Source: a bacterium
GTDB lineage: Bacteria; RBG-13-61-14; DATKZS01
DNA: 64,000 nt
Direction of reading: 5' to 3'
NCBI GenBank assembly: GCA_963674965.2
Contig: CAXXFL010000006.1
Location: 640,001-704,000 of the forward strand
Shown: positions 28,980-38,899 of the stretch, in pieces
Numbering within the stretch: the stretch's first letter is position 1
How the letters are laid out: the number at the start of each line of letters is the position of its first letter
Translations under genes and position numbers: made by a program
The notes under the pieces: model-generated
What the model saw: only the letters and a program-made list of their open reading frames with translations
Database searches by the model: none
What the model was told of the DNA's origin: nothing

Positions 28980-29450
28980 TTACTCGGCCTTGATCACGAA
29001 GGTCTTGGCGATCTTATCGTGCCAGCCCTGGTTGTTGGCGTCAATGAATATCCAGATGAAGCCGAGATATATTACAAGGCTAGAAACGGCGTATCCCACC
29101 AGTCTCAATATAGCGTCAACCGGACCCAGGTCCGCGCCGTCCGCTTTAATCGCCTTGATCTTCATCACCTTCTTGCCGAACGTCTGTCCCCTCCCCGTAA
29201 GCGGATTGTCCATGCCTACAAGGTAAATAAAGTAGCCGATCACAACGACAAGATTCAGAAGGCTTGCAACAAGCGCCAAAATGCCGCTTATTTTACCAAG
29301 GATAGCCCCGAGTATCCCGAAAACGATCCCTATCACGAAAAGGATACCCCAATCGATAAGGAAAGCGATAAACCTTGGTCCGTAATCCGCCAATTGTCCG
29401 GGTACGCCCGCTCCCGCCGCCGGCTGTCCGCCAGGAACCTGTTCCGTCAT
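28980..29450 (-). CDS. RDD family membrane protein
   Basis: LADYGPRFIAFLID, GQTFGKKVMKIK and QGWHDKIAKTFV. Confidence 0.92.
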   Translation of the reverse strand: MTEQVPGGQPAAGAGVPGQLADYGPRFIAFLIDWGILFVIGIVFGILGAILGKISGILALVASLLNLVVVIGYFIYLVGMDNPLTGRGQTFGKKVMKIKAIKADGADLGPVDAILRLVGYAVSSLVIYLGFIWIFIDANNQGWHDKIAKTFVIKAE

Positions 29451-29533
29451 TTTCTCCTCCTTTTCATTGTTACCTTTTTAATCCATAGAACCGAAAGCGG
29501 CAAAGGCCGCTTGTGAACGCCCGTGTTATGAGA

Positions 29534-29561
29534 ATAATACAACGCCGCGCTCGGATGTCAA
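29534..29561 (-). promoter_or_regulatory. Sigma70-type promoter for the RDD gene
   Basis: Minus strand TTGACA-16 nt-TATTAT. Confidence 0.55.
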
Positions 29562-29583
29562 GAGCGCCATGAAAACCTAATAT

Positions 29584-31224
29584 TTATTCCACCTCCTCCC
29601 TGGCCTTATTTGGGCCCGCGTTCCTCACGAAAACGCTGGCCCGCAGACCCTCGAGGTCGGGCCATATTCTCCCGTAAAATGACGACCCGAAACTGGTTCC
29701 CACCCACCGGTCCTTTTCCGTGTAGCCCAGTCCGCCCAGCCTCAGCTCGAGATAGGTCTTCCTCATCCGCGCCACCTTTGCATTATCCATCAGCTCGGGG
29801 TTGTCCTTGTAGGCGTTGTAATAGGCCTGATGGATCATGATCCGGTCCGCGTCCCTGGCCGCCAGGGTCTCCCGCGAGAGAGCGAACTGGGGCAGGAACT
29901 CCATGGTCCAGTTTATCTCCGGGTTAGGATAATAGGGCACAAAAGCCAGGTCCTTTTCGCCCGGCTCGTGGGAAAGGGCCATGGCCGCCGTGGGCGCCCG
30001 AAGGATGTAGTCCTCCAGCTTCGTAAACCCGTGGAACAAAAATAGGTTATAGGCCGCCGCGGCGCCCACGACGATTACCGCTCCCGCCCTCTTCAAGCGG
30101 GACTCGGCCCTCAGCCAGGGCTCGAGAAGAAGCGCCGCCAGAAGCGCGAAAAAAGGAGCGGCCGAGGCGTACAAATGGGGAACGCCCAACTCGCTCATGA
30201 AAATCATGAAGAGCAGGAACCCGGCCGGGTAGCTGAAAAAGAGGAGCCGTCGCCAATCTTTTAAATTCAGGCGAAACCATGCCCCCAATAGGGCCATTAA
30301 GCAAACGGGCGCTCCCATGGCCAGGGGCAGGGCTGAGGAAAACTGGAACAGCACCGGCTTTTGCCACCAAAGCTCGGGGGACCGCCGAAAAAGCGGGTTC
30401 AGCTTGTTCTGGAGGGCCCACTCGATGGGCGCCTGGCGAAGCGCCCCGTGCCAGTCGATAAAGGTCCACGGTGACAGGAGCATGAACGTCCCCATCGCGC
30501 CCAGGCCCACGATCAGCCAGCTATAGAGCTCGTCTTTGCCCGTCTCCTTTTTCCAGTGGCGCCTGGCCAGTATGATCAAGAAGGGCGCGGCCGCGACGGC
30601 GTGGTACTTCGCGGCCAGGGCAAAGCCGATGGAGACGCCGGCCAGGACGTAGTCCCTTATTGCTCCCCGGTCCACGATCCTGAGCGCGGCGTGGGTCGCG
30701 GCCAGGGCCGCGATGGCCACCAGGGGATCGTTCTTGATGAGGTTGGTGGTAAAGAGGAAAGTCGGGGTGGTGGCGCATAAAAAGGTCGCCGCCAGGGCCG
30801 CTCCCTCCCCGAACTCCCGCCGGGCGACGAGGTAAAGGAGCCACAAGGCCAATGCCCCGAGGATGGCGCCAAGGAGCCGCCCGAAAACGATGGTCTCCTC
30901 AAAGGGGAAGTGATAATGCCGAATGTGCCACTTGAAGGAGTCGAAGCTCTCGAAGCCGGGAAGGGCCGAAAAGTTGGCCGCCGCGTAAACGAGGCCGTAA
31001 GCCCCGGCCGTCAGGGTGAACTCGAGTTGCGGATACTTGTGCGTGCCGGGGCTGACGCTCAGGTTCTGGAGCATCTCGAGGGCCCCGTCCCTTACCCACC
31101 TCTCGTCCTCCACGCAGTATTGGGGCAGGAAAAGGCCGATGGACAAGGCGCGGTCCAAAAGGAAAAAGGCGATTATGGCCAGGGCCGGCGCCCATTGGCC
31201 CGGTGTTTTCCACCTGAGTTTCAT
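29584..31224 (-). CDS. GT-C fold (PMT/ArnT-like) polyprenyl-phosphate-sugar glycosyltransferase
   Basis: Multi-TM with acidic EDE in the first outer loop, KYP, 'GRLL', KND and ALAAKY. Confidence 0.82.
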   Translation of the reverse strand: MKLRWKTPGQWAPALAIIAFFLLDRALSIGLFLPQYCVEDERWVRDGALEMLQNLSVSPGTHKYPQLEFTLTAGAYGLVYAAANFSALPGFESFDSFKWHIRHYHFPFEETIVFGRLLGAILGALALWLLYLVARREFGEGAALAATFLCATTPTFLFTTNLIKNDPLVAIAALAATHAALRIVDRGAIRDYVLAGVSIGFALAAKYHAVAAAPFLIILARRHWKKETGKDELYSWLIVGLGAMGTFMLLSPWTFIDWHGALRQAPIEWALQNKLNPLFRRSPELWWQKPVLFQFSSALPLAMGAPVCLMALLGAWFRLNLKDWRRLLFFSYPAGFLLFMIFMSELGVPHLYASAAPFFALLAALLLEPWLRAESRLKRAGAVIVVGAAAAYNLFLFHGFTKLEDYILRAPTAAMALSHEPGEKDLAFVPYYPNPEINWTMEFLPQFALSRETLAARDADRIMIHQAYYNAYKDNPELMDNAKVARMRKTYLELRLGGLGYTEKDRWVGTSFGSSFYGRIWPDLEGLRASVFVRNAGPNKAREEVE

Positions 31225-31273
31225 GGCCCTATCTTACGCCAGGACCGCTCCCATGAAAACCCGGACGCTCGGG

Positions 31274-32956
31274 TCAAAGGCCCGGCGCAAGGATATCCCG
31301 CCAGGTCCGGCCGAACTCGACGCCCCTGCCCTCCATGTCCTTTCGGATCGGCGCGAGCCTCTTGATGAAGCTTCCATAGTCCCGCGACTCGGCCGGGGTC
31401 CACATAACCTCGGAGTGCGCGATCAGGCGGGGAAAGACCTTCGAGTCCATGTTGTCAAGCGTCACCCACTCGCCCCACAGGTTGACCTCCCCTCCCAGCA
31501 CCATGGGGTAAAGGGAAGGATCGAGGCCTCCGGGAATCGGCTCGAACCCGTAGAGGCCCTTGAGCGTGAAAAGCTTCTGAGAATAATCGATATAGCAGTG
31601 GGTCACGGGCGAGATGATGGTTTGCCGCCCGTTCTCGGCGGCGACCCGGCCGAACTCCTGTCTTCGCCACGCCTGCACCACCGAGCCCTCGGGCGCGTAG
31701 TCGGTGACCTCGTCCCAGGCGATCATGGTCTTCCCGCGTTTCGCCAGTATCTCGCTCACCCTCTCCACGAAGTAGCTTTGCAGGCCGTGATTGTCCGTAT
31801 ACCCGCGCTCCTCCATCAGCGCCCGGTTGGGCGGGTAGTCCTGCCAGTCGGAGGCCATCACCTCGTCGCTCCCGATATGAACGTACCTCGAGGGAAATAT
31901 CTCGGCTATCTCCCCGAACAGCTCGTCGAGAAACTCGTAGACCTCCTCCTTGCCCGGGCAAAGGGCCGACCTGTAGATGCCCGGACCCGAGCGCACGGGC
32001 ACTGGCTCGCCCGAGCAGGTAAGCTCGGGGTACCCAGCCAGCATGGCCGAACAATGGCCGGGCACGTCGATCTCGGGAATGATCTCGACACCGCGGAGGC
32101 GGGCGAACTCGACCACGTCCTTTAGCTCAGCCTTGGTGTAATAGCCCCTCATCGAGGCGGCGGCCTCCTCCCCCGAGCCGAAAAGGGCGCCGGGAAGCCT
32201 CCTGCCCGACTCGTCGAACCTCCAGTTGGCCAGGCCCTCGAGCTTGTCCTCGCTCATGTTGGTGATGATCCCGCCCTTCTCGTGCAGGAGGGGAAACTTC
32301 TCGCTCTCGATCCTCCACCCCTGGTCGTCCACAATATGCCAATGGAGCACGTTGATCTTCAGCTCGGAGAGCATGTCGATGTAGCGCTTGACCATGCCCG
32401 CGGGCAAAAAGGAGCGGGAGGAATCGATAAGCATGCCCCGGTGCGAAAACCTGGGATAGTCGGTTATCCAGAGCGTGGGCAAGGCGGGTCCTTCCCCGGC
32501 GGCGAAAAGCTGAAGCAGAGTCATAAAGCCGTTATGGAAGCCCGAGGCGGTCCTTGCCCGGAGCACCACGCCGTCATCCTTGACCGACAGCGCGTAGCCG
32601 CCCTCCACGGCCGGGGCTTCAAGAGTTTCCACCTCGGATAGAGTCGGGCAAGGGACCGGACGGATCGTTACCACGTCCTTTTCGTCCGAGGTCGCGACCT
32701 CGAGATCGAGGCCTTGCCTTTCTTTTACCTTGCCGGCGAAGACCCGAGCGAAATCGAGGACCATCGCGTCCAGGTTCGAGGACACGGAAATCTGGGAACC
32801 ATCCGGGATATCGATCGAGCCTCCCTCCAACCGGACCTGGACCGGCCGGGGGATAAGGGGAAGCTCTTTTCCCCTCCCGGCCTTAACCGGGATGGAAAGA
32901 CATAGAAGAGCCAGGGCGCATAACGCGGCCGCGGTCCTGAAATACCTTTTTCTCAT
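31274..32956 (-). CDS. Secreted GH20 beta-N-acetylhexosaminidase
   Basis: Signal peptide; DYPRFSHRGMLIDSSR, HWHIVDDQGWR, PEIDVPGH, catalytic HIGSDE and GGEVNLWGE. Confidence 0.94.
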   Translation of the reverse strand: MRKRYFRTAAALCALALLCLSIPVKAGRGKELPLIPRPVQVRLEGGSIDIPDGSQISVSSNLDAMVLDFARVFAGKVKERQGLDLEVATSDEKDVVTIRPVPCPTLSEVETLEAPAVEGGYALSVKDDGVVLRARTASGFHNGFMTLLQLFAAGEGPALPTLWITDYPRFSHRGMLIDSSRSFLPAGMVKRYIDMLSELKINVLHWHIVDDQGWRIESEKFPLLHEKGGIITNMSEDKLEGLANWRFDESGRRLPGALFGSGEEAAASMRGYYTKAELKDVVEFARLRGVEIIPEIDVPGHCSAMLAGYPELTCSGEPVPVRSGPGIYRSALCPGKEEVYEFLDELFGEIAEIFPSRYVHIGSDEVMASDWQDYPPNRALMEERGYTDNHGLQSYFVERVSEILAKRGKTMIAWDEVTDYAPEGSVVQAWRRQEFGRVAAENGRQTIISPVTHCYIDYSQKLFTLKGLYGFEPIPGGLDPSLYPMVLGGEVNLWGEWVTLDNMDSKVFPRLIAHSEVMWTPAESRDYGSFIKRLAPIRKDMEGRGVEFGRTWRDILAPGL

Positions 32957-33015
32957 TTATCTTCCCTTCTCGCCCTCCTCGGGGCGCAAGGCGTCCGACT
33001 ATGCAATGGATGAGG

Positions 33016-34095
33016 TTATGATGGACGGCTGACGTTGACGCGATATGAGTAGAAAGAACTTTGCTCGGGCTGTCCCGAGATTTTTCCCGCGGGCATGAAC
33101 TCGCGTTTTTCCTCGTCCCACGGGTAATGCCAGGCGTAGACCATTTTGGCCTCGAGGTCCACGGCGGCGAAGGTGAAGGCGGGGGAAGGCTCGCCCGCGA
33201 CGGCGCATGAGGCGCTGATTACGGGCGTGAATTTTTCTCCGTTTCCGATTTTATCCTCGCCCCCGTGCTCGTGCCCCCGGAAGGCCAGGTCGCAGCGCCT
33301 GACCAGGTCGTCGAGCGCGCTTTTGTCGCCCGGCTTCATCCATTCCGCGGGATGATGCAAAAGGGCCATGGTAAAGTCCGGTCCCCACTCCCTGCCGGTC
33401 ATCTTCACCGCGTCGCGCCATGCCCTTTCCACCTGGTACTCTCCCAGGCAGAGCATGCCCTTGTCGATATCCATCCTGCACCGGCAGGCCCAGGCCGAGT
33501 TCAGTCCCAGCACGGCAATCTTCTTTTCGCCGTGCTCGAACACGTCGGAGAAGAAAAAGTCCGAGGCGGCCGATGGTATCCTGGTCCCGTACCTCCGTCC
33601 CAGGGAGTGAAGGAACTTCTGATAGGACGCCAGCCTTCCGGCGATCCGGCCCGAGTACCCTTTCCTCTCGTCCCGAAGCAGCTTGTTCCACTCATCCGGG
33701 CCCGGAAGCTGAAGAGCGTCGTCGGTGTTCTTGATGAACTGGAGGTAAACGTCGTGCTCGCCCGGGACCACGTAGAGCCGCTCGCCTCCAATATGGAGTT
33801 TGTCCAGCAGCTCGCCCAAAAAGTCGGCGGCCGCGTCGAAGTCCTCGCCCTGCCCCTGGTAGGCCACGTCTCCGGCCACGAGCACGGCGTCGACCTGGGC
33901 GAACTCGGGGAATTTCCTGGCCCAGGCCTCGAGATGTCGGTCAAGGGCCCGGAAGAAGCGCCGTATGGCCCGCGCCCTCGATACCGCGTACTTGGGCGAT
34001 CGGAAGTGGATATCCGACAGGTGCAGAATTTTCAGCGGGTCGCCCCGAAAGTCGGGCGTCTCGATTTCATCGTGCTTGAAGATGTTCCATGCCAT
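33016..34095 (-). CDS. Calcineurin-like metallophosphoesterase (GNHD motif reads GEHD)
   Basis: HLSDIH, AGDV, VPGEHD, LNSAW, LLHHP and GHEH. Confidence 0.85.
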   Translation of the reverse strand: MAWNIFKHDEIETPDFRGDPLKILHLSDIHFRSPKYAVSRARAIRRFFRALDRHLEAWARKFPEFAQVDAVLVAGDVAYQGQGEDFDAAADFLGELLDKLHIGGERLYVVPGEHDVYLQFIKNTDDALQLPGPDEWNKLLRDERKGYSGRIAGRLASYQKFLHSLGRRYGTRIPSAASDFFFSDVFEHGEKKIAVLGLNSAWACRCRMDIDKGMLCLGEYQVERAWRDAVKMTGREWGPDFTMALLHHPAEWMKPGDKSALDDLVRRCDLAFRGHEHGGEDKIGNGEKFTPVISASCAVAGEPSPAFTFAAVDLEAKMVYAWHYPWDEEKREFMPAGKISGQPEQSSFYSYRVNVSRPS

Positions 34096-34168
34096 GGCGC
34101 TAAATCAATTCTATAATAATCGGCGCCGCCAATGCAATCTTGCATCGCGGAAAACCAAAGCCAATAAA

Positions 34169-34657
34169 TTATCCGTCCTTGAACACCACCGCCGTGCCGT
34201 AGGCCAGGACCTCGACGCTGGGCATGGACGCCTTGCCCTGAGATCTGGTAATGGTCGAGGTTTCCATCCTGACGTTGAGCACCAATTGGGCGCCGTAAGC
34301 CGCGGCCTGCTCCCGCATCCGCATCATGGCCTCCCGTCTTCCCCTGTCGACCAGGGTCTCGAGGGTCCCGAGCCTGCCGCCCACCAGGGTCTTCAAGTTG
34401 GCGCCGAAGGTCTTAAAGTAGTCGCTGGCTATGACCACCGACCCCGTTACCAGGAAGGACTGGGCAATGGGACGGTCGGGCGGCGTCTTCATGGAGGTGG
34501 GGATGGCGATGGTCATGGCGGCCTCCCGCCGGGCCAGCGAGGCCAGGTGGTTCCTTTCCATGTAGCGGCCCACGAAGTAGCCGATCAATATAAGCGCGAC
34601 CGGCGTGCCCCACGTCATGACCATGGAGAAAATATTTTCAGCTCCCATGTTTTCCAT
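34169..34657 (-). CDS. YbjQ/UPF0145 family protein with N-terminal TM
   Basis: LVTGSVV...LVGG.L...E.L..RGRREAM.RM...A...GA..V.NVR and EVLAYGTAV. Confidence 0.88.
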   Translation of the reverse strand: MENMGAENIFSMVMTWGTPVALILIGYFVGRYMERNHLASLARREAAMTIAIPTSMKTPPDRPIAQSFLVTGSVVIASDYFKTFGANLKTLVGGRLGTLETLVDRGRREAMMRMREQAAAYGAQLVLNVRMETSTITRSQGKASMPSVEVLAYGTAVVFKDG

Positions 34658-34666
34658 GGACGTCCC

Positions 34667-35071
34667 CTATATGGAAGGCGGGCCGCCCCGGCCCTGGCCT
34701 TGTCCCGGTCCCGGCCTGGGAGGGGCCGCCGGCGGCCTTGGCGCCTGGGCCGCCAGGGGCTCGATCACCACGGCCGTTCCATAGGCGAAAAGCTCGGCCG
34801 CTCCCTGCGTCACCGAGCTGGTCGAGAACCTCACGTTGACCACCGCGTTGGCGCCCATGGACTGGGCCATCTGGATCATGCGCGAGATGGCCTCGTTGCG
34901 GGACTCCGCCAGAAGCTCGGTGTAGCCCTCCAGCTCGCCGCCCACTATGTTTTTAAGGCCCGCCATGATGTCGCGCCCGATGTGCTTGGCCCGTATGGTG
35001 TTGCCGCTCACCAGTCCCAAATGCCGCGTGACGCGAGCGCCCGGAATGGTCTCCAGGTTGGATAGTATCAT
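34667..35071 (-). CDS. YbjQ/UPF0145 family protein with Pro/Gly-rich tail
   Basis: HLGLVSGNTIRAKHIGRD, GGELEGYTELL, GANAVVNVRF and AYGTAV. Start MILS at 35071 after AGGAG. Confidence 0.92.
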   Translation of the reverse strand: MILSNLETIPGARVTRHLGLVSGNTIRAKHIGRDIMAGLKNIVGGELEGYTELLAESRNEAISRMIQMAQSMGANAVVNVRFSTSSVTQGAAELFAYGTAVVIEPLAAQAPRPPAAPPRPGPGQGQGRGGPPSI

Positions 35072-35182
35072 TTTCGTCTCTCCTGTATTCCCGAATAGTA
35101 AAGCGGGCCGGGACCGCCCGCCTGACCGATATTTTGTCAAGTATTTTGAAGACATGCAAGCCGGGTCACCGGCATTGTCGAG

Positions 35183-36256
35183 TCACCGGCTTTGGGCGGC
35201 CTTTGCCTTGCCCGCGGCCCGGAGGTAGTAAAGATATATCATGGCCGAGTGCTCGTCGAAGAAGCCGCGGTTGTCGAATATCTTTTTTTGTCCCTCCGTC
35301 ACGCCGAGGGCCATGGCCAGCTCGTCCTTTACCTTGTCCTCCTTGGGCGTCTCGCGGAGCGTATAGCCGACCACGTTGAAACTCTTGTCGAGTATGACGC
35401 CGGGCGCCTTCTCGATGACCGCGTTGACTATCCGGTTAAAATTGAGAAGCCCGGATGGAAGCATGTCCGTCCCCAGTCCCGAGTAATCGAATTCCGTCTC
35501 GACCACCCTGATCGACCTTGGGGTGCTTTTCCTGTAAAGGTCCACCATCTCCGCGCTCTGCCCGGGCATCACCCACCGGATCAGGCCGGCCCTGGGCCTG
35601 ACCGAGAACCTGCTTACGGTCTCGCGCAGCGCGCTGGGCTCGGCGTTGGGGTCCTCCGGTCCCATCATCATCTTGCCCAGGCTGACGGCGGGGGTCTCCT
35701 CCTCCATGTCCCCATCCCGCTCCGCCTGCTCGCGGATCCTTCCCCGTACGATCAGAAAAACGTCGGAATAAGGAACCTCGATCAACTCTCCGTCCTGATC
35801 CAACAGGATAAGTTTTTCCTCTCCTATCTCCCTCACGCCCCTGGCCGCGGTCCTGTCCTCCAGGCGGTCCAGTCCGCTCCGCTTGATCAGGTAGGAATCG
35901 ACGCCCATGGCCTCGAGCCTCTTGACCATGGCGCCGGCCTCGGCCTGCTCGTAATAAGAACGGGCGATCCACGGCGCGGGCCGGATGAGTCTCTGTCTCG
36001 CCGTGTAGGGATCGGCGTTCATCTCCCCGGCGAAGGCCTCGATCGTCGCGGCGTCGGTCGCCTGGGAGGGGGAAACCACCACCAGGAAGGCCTCCGGCGG
36101 TTTCCTCTTGAGGGTAGCGGCCTCGCCTGCTTTTTGAGGCTGGGCCGTCTTTTCCGGCGCGGGCGAGAAGGCGTCCTCGAAGAGGCCCCCGCAGTAGATG
36201 CACCGCTTGGCCCTCTCGTTGTTCGGACGCTCGCATTTAGGGCAGTTTTTAGCCAT
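35183..36256 (-). CDS. Hypothetical protein with N-terminal zinc ribbon
   Basis: CPKC-x9-CIYCG; host-like codon usage. Confidence 0.7.
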   Translation of the reverse strand: MAKNCPKCERPNNERAKRCIYCGGLFEDAFSPAPEKTAQPQKAGEAATLKRKPPEAFLVVVSPSQATDAATIEAFAGEMNADPYTARQRLIRPAPWIARSYYEQAEAGAMVKRLEAMGVDSYLIKRSGLDRLEDRTAARGVREIGEEKLILLDQDGELIEVPYSDVFLIVRGRIREQAERDGDMEEETPAVSLGKMMMGPEDPNAEPSALRETVSRFSVRPRAGLIRWVMPGQSAEMVDLYRKSTPRSIRVVETEFDYSGLGTDMLPSGLLNFNRIVNAVIEKAPGVILDKSFNVVGYTLRETPKEDKVKDELAMALGVTEGQKKIFDNRGFFDEHSAMIYLYYLRAAGKAKAAQSR

Positions 36257-36325
36257 GTTTTTTAACCACCGTTTCGATGCGGCCGGGCGGCGGCTGGATT
36301 CAATCCGTCTCGAGGGGAAGGGGTC

Positions 36326-38899
36326 TCAATCATTTTTCCCTTCGCCCGCTTTTTCCGTTTCAGCCGCTTGTTCGCCTGACGCGTCACCCGCGTTTTTCGC
36401 CCCTATGTTAAACCGGGGCGTCCCTTTAATCCAAATGTCTCTTTGCGGGAAAGGTATGCCGATGCCCGCCTCGTTCAACGCGTTATAGATCGCCACCCGA
36501 AGCTCGCTGGCCACGGAGAGTCTGCGGTTTATGGAGGGGAGGAAACACCTGAGCTCGAAGTCGAGGGATGAGTCTCCGAACCCGGTAAAAAGCGCCGAGG
36601 GAGCGGGGTCGGTAAGTATCTCGGGATGCTCGGCGCCGACCGCCTCGAGTATCTCGATGACCTTCTCCGGGTCGGACCCGTACTCGACTCCCACGCTGAT
36701 ATGAATCCTGTTCCTTCCATGGGAGTAGGTCCAGTTGGTAAGGTTGCTCCACAAAAGGTCGCCGTTGGGCACGATGAACTCCGACTCGTCCCAGGTCTCC
36801 ATCAGGGTGGCCCGGATCCCCACCCGCTTGACCACGCACCATTCGCCGCCGACCACCACGTTGTCGCCCACTTTGACCGGACGCTCGACCAGCATGATGA
36901 GGCCGGCTACAAAATGGTTGACCACGTTCTGGAGGCCGAAACCTATGCCAACGCCCAATGCGCCGGCCACTATGGCCAGGCTCTGGAGACGGACGCCGAG
37001 GATGAAGAGGGAGACCACGAAACCGATAAAGACGATGGCGTAACGAAGGCCCTGGTTGATGGCGCTTTGAAGTCCCTTCTCGACGTTCCTCCTCGGATAT
37101 ATCTCCTCGTCCAGCATGTAGACGGTGAAACGGGAAATACGCACCGAAAGGTAAATGGCCAGAATGGACCCGAAAATAAGCCCGACCGTTACCCTGGACG
37201 CGCCCACCTCGAAGCCCGCCCCCCACAGGGCCGAAAGACCCGACAAAAACGAAGACCCGACTCCCCAGACCACCGCGACCAGATATATCCAAAGCAGAAC
37301 GAAACCGTAACCTAAAAGGCGATTGACGGACGCCATAATCTCGATCTCGTGTCCCTTAACGCTTTTTAGCCTCGCGGACTTGTCGCTGAAGAGCGCCAGT
37401 ACCACGAAGGACCTGGCCACCCTGTATCCGGCCAGGAGGAAAAAGGAAACGTACACGGTTTTGAAGGTCATCCGGGCCAGCATGGCGCTCGCCCAGTTAT
37501 ACCCCAGTATTTGCCCGAGAAGCGCCAGGGCCAGAAGGCCGACCAAGGCCCGCTGGGTGAACTTGAACCAGGGGATAAGCCTTTCCCAGCGCCCTTCCCT
37601 GGCGTGCTCCATGAGCCTGGACGGCGCCAGATAGACGAGGCTTATGGCCAAACCGATGGCGAGGCGAGCCACCAGGTCAACCTGGTCGAGCGGGGGAGAG
37701 GACGCGAGAAAGTCGTTCAATACCTCGAGACCGAAAATCACGCCCACCCCAGCTATAAAGAACCGGAGATGCTCCTCCTTGATGACCTGCACCAGAAGGT
37801 TGATTACCGGGATGGCCATGATAAGCCAGTAAAGGTCCTTGGCCATGAGAGGCGGAGCGGAGTAAACCAGCGGAGAAGGAAGGAACACTATAAGCAAGGC
37901 CACGGAAAAGGGGTTCGAGAAAAGGGCCCTTAGTTCCTTTATCCTGGGCAGGTCCTCCGTCCTCTTCCGGATGTGAGGAAGGACCGTGCGAAGCCACAGC
38001 CATACTCCAAGCAGGATAACGAGTTGAAGACCCAGCTTGCCCTGCGACTGGCCCAGATAATCGCGGGACTCGGTGAAATAATCCCTCCCGTCCTCCAGGA
38101 TGGGGGCCATCGAGGCGTCTCCAAAGGGCCTTATAAAATCCGCCTCGAAGAACGCCGGCTTGTCCTTGGCCCAGAGCGATAAAGTTAGGACCGATTTGAT
38201 CTCGTTCAACGAGTCGATATGCCCATCGATCAGGGTCGCTCGGCCGCTAAGGTCCTTTTGGGCCTCGATAAGGGGAGTGAACCTGGCGTCGAGATCGGCG
38301 CGGGCCTTGTCGAGGTTTTTGATGACCTCGTCGATTCTTTCCGTCGTCGGGCCCGAGTAGCCGGCTTTGCCGTAGGCCTCGAGGGTCGATTTCCAGCGCT
38401 CCCGCTCCTTGCCTATCTCGACGTTGGCGCCCTGAATGGCGGTGATGACGGCGCCCACCTGCTTGGATAAGGCGTCGATCCCCTCCCTCTCCCGCTGCCA
38501 CTCGACGATCCTCGAGCTCACGTCGGTCAAGGAAAGGGTCTTTCGCGCCCGAAGCTTGTTGATTTTGCTTTTCGACTCCTTGATCCTGGCCTCGGTCGAG
38601 TCTCCTTTTTGTATCTCCGGGGGAGGAGAAGGGATGGATTTAAGCAGGTCGTTTATTTTCGTCTCGCTGTTTTTGGCCTCACTGAAAAGGTCGGCCACCG
38701 GCACCACGCCCTCGGGCAGGGTCGGGGCCGGAGCGGCCGTGTCGCCGGCCAACGCGGCCGTCCCTCCCGCCTGGGTTTCCTGGGCGCCGGCCTTGGCCGG
38801 GAAAAGAAAAAAGACACACAAGACGAGCGCGAGACTTACCGCCCACGTCCACTCCCTTTTGCTCCTTTTCGTAATCAACTTGTCGGGTCCCCGATTCAT
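36326..38899 (-). CDS. Large MscS-family (MscK-like) mechanosensitive channel
   Basis: Signal peptide, periplasmic coiled-coils, multiple TMs, GALGVGIGFGLQN, ERPVKVGD, IVPN, FGDSSLDF and IPFPQRD. ATG overlaps the CoA-transferase stop. Confidence 0.93.
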   Translation of the reverse strand: MNRGPDKLITKRSKREWTWAVSLALVLCVFFLFPAKAGAQETQAGGTAALAGDTAAPAPTLPEGVVPVADLFSEAKNSETKINDLLKSIPSPPPEIQKGDSTEARIKESKSKINKLRARKTLSLTDVSSRIVEWQREREGIDALSKQVGAVITAIQGANVEIGKERERWKSTLEAYGKAGYSGPTTERIDEVIKNLDKARADLDARFTPLIEAQKDLSGRATLIDGHIDSLNEIKSVLTLSLWAKDKPAFFEADFIRPFGDASMAPILEDGRDYFTESRDYLGQSQGKLGLQLVILLGVWLWLRTVLPHIRKRTEDLPRIKELRALFSNPFSVALLIVFLPSPLVYSAPPLMAKDLYWLIMAIPVINLLVQVIKEEHLRFFIAGVGVIFGLEVLNDFLASSPPLDQVDLVARLAIGLAISLVYLAPSRLMEHAREGRWERLIPWFKFTQRALVGLLALALLGQILGYNWASAMLARMTFKTVYVSFFLLAGYRVARSFVVLALFSDKSARLKSVKGHEIEIMASVNRLLGYGFVLLWIYLVAVVWGVGSSFLSGLSALWGAGFEVGASRVTVGLIFGSILAIYLSVRISRFTVYMLDEEIYPRRNVEKGLQSAINQGLRYAIVFIGFVVSLFILGVRLQSLAIVAGALGVGIGFGLQNVVNHFVAGLIMLVERPVKVGDNVVVGGEWCVVKRVGIRATLMETWDESEFIVPNGDLLWSNLTNWTYSHGRNRIHISVGVEYGSDPEKVIEILEAVGAEHPEILTDPAPSALFTGFGDSSLDFELRCFLPSINRRLSVASELRVAIYNALNEAGIGIPFPQRDIWIKGTPRFNIGAKNAGDASGEQAAETEKAGEGKND

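Noticed and set aside
34169-35071. Tandem YbjQ genes as a novel system
   Set aside because: Paired YbjQ genes (one soluble, one TM-anchored) are a common arrangement; only the Pro/Gly tail is unusual.
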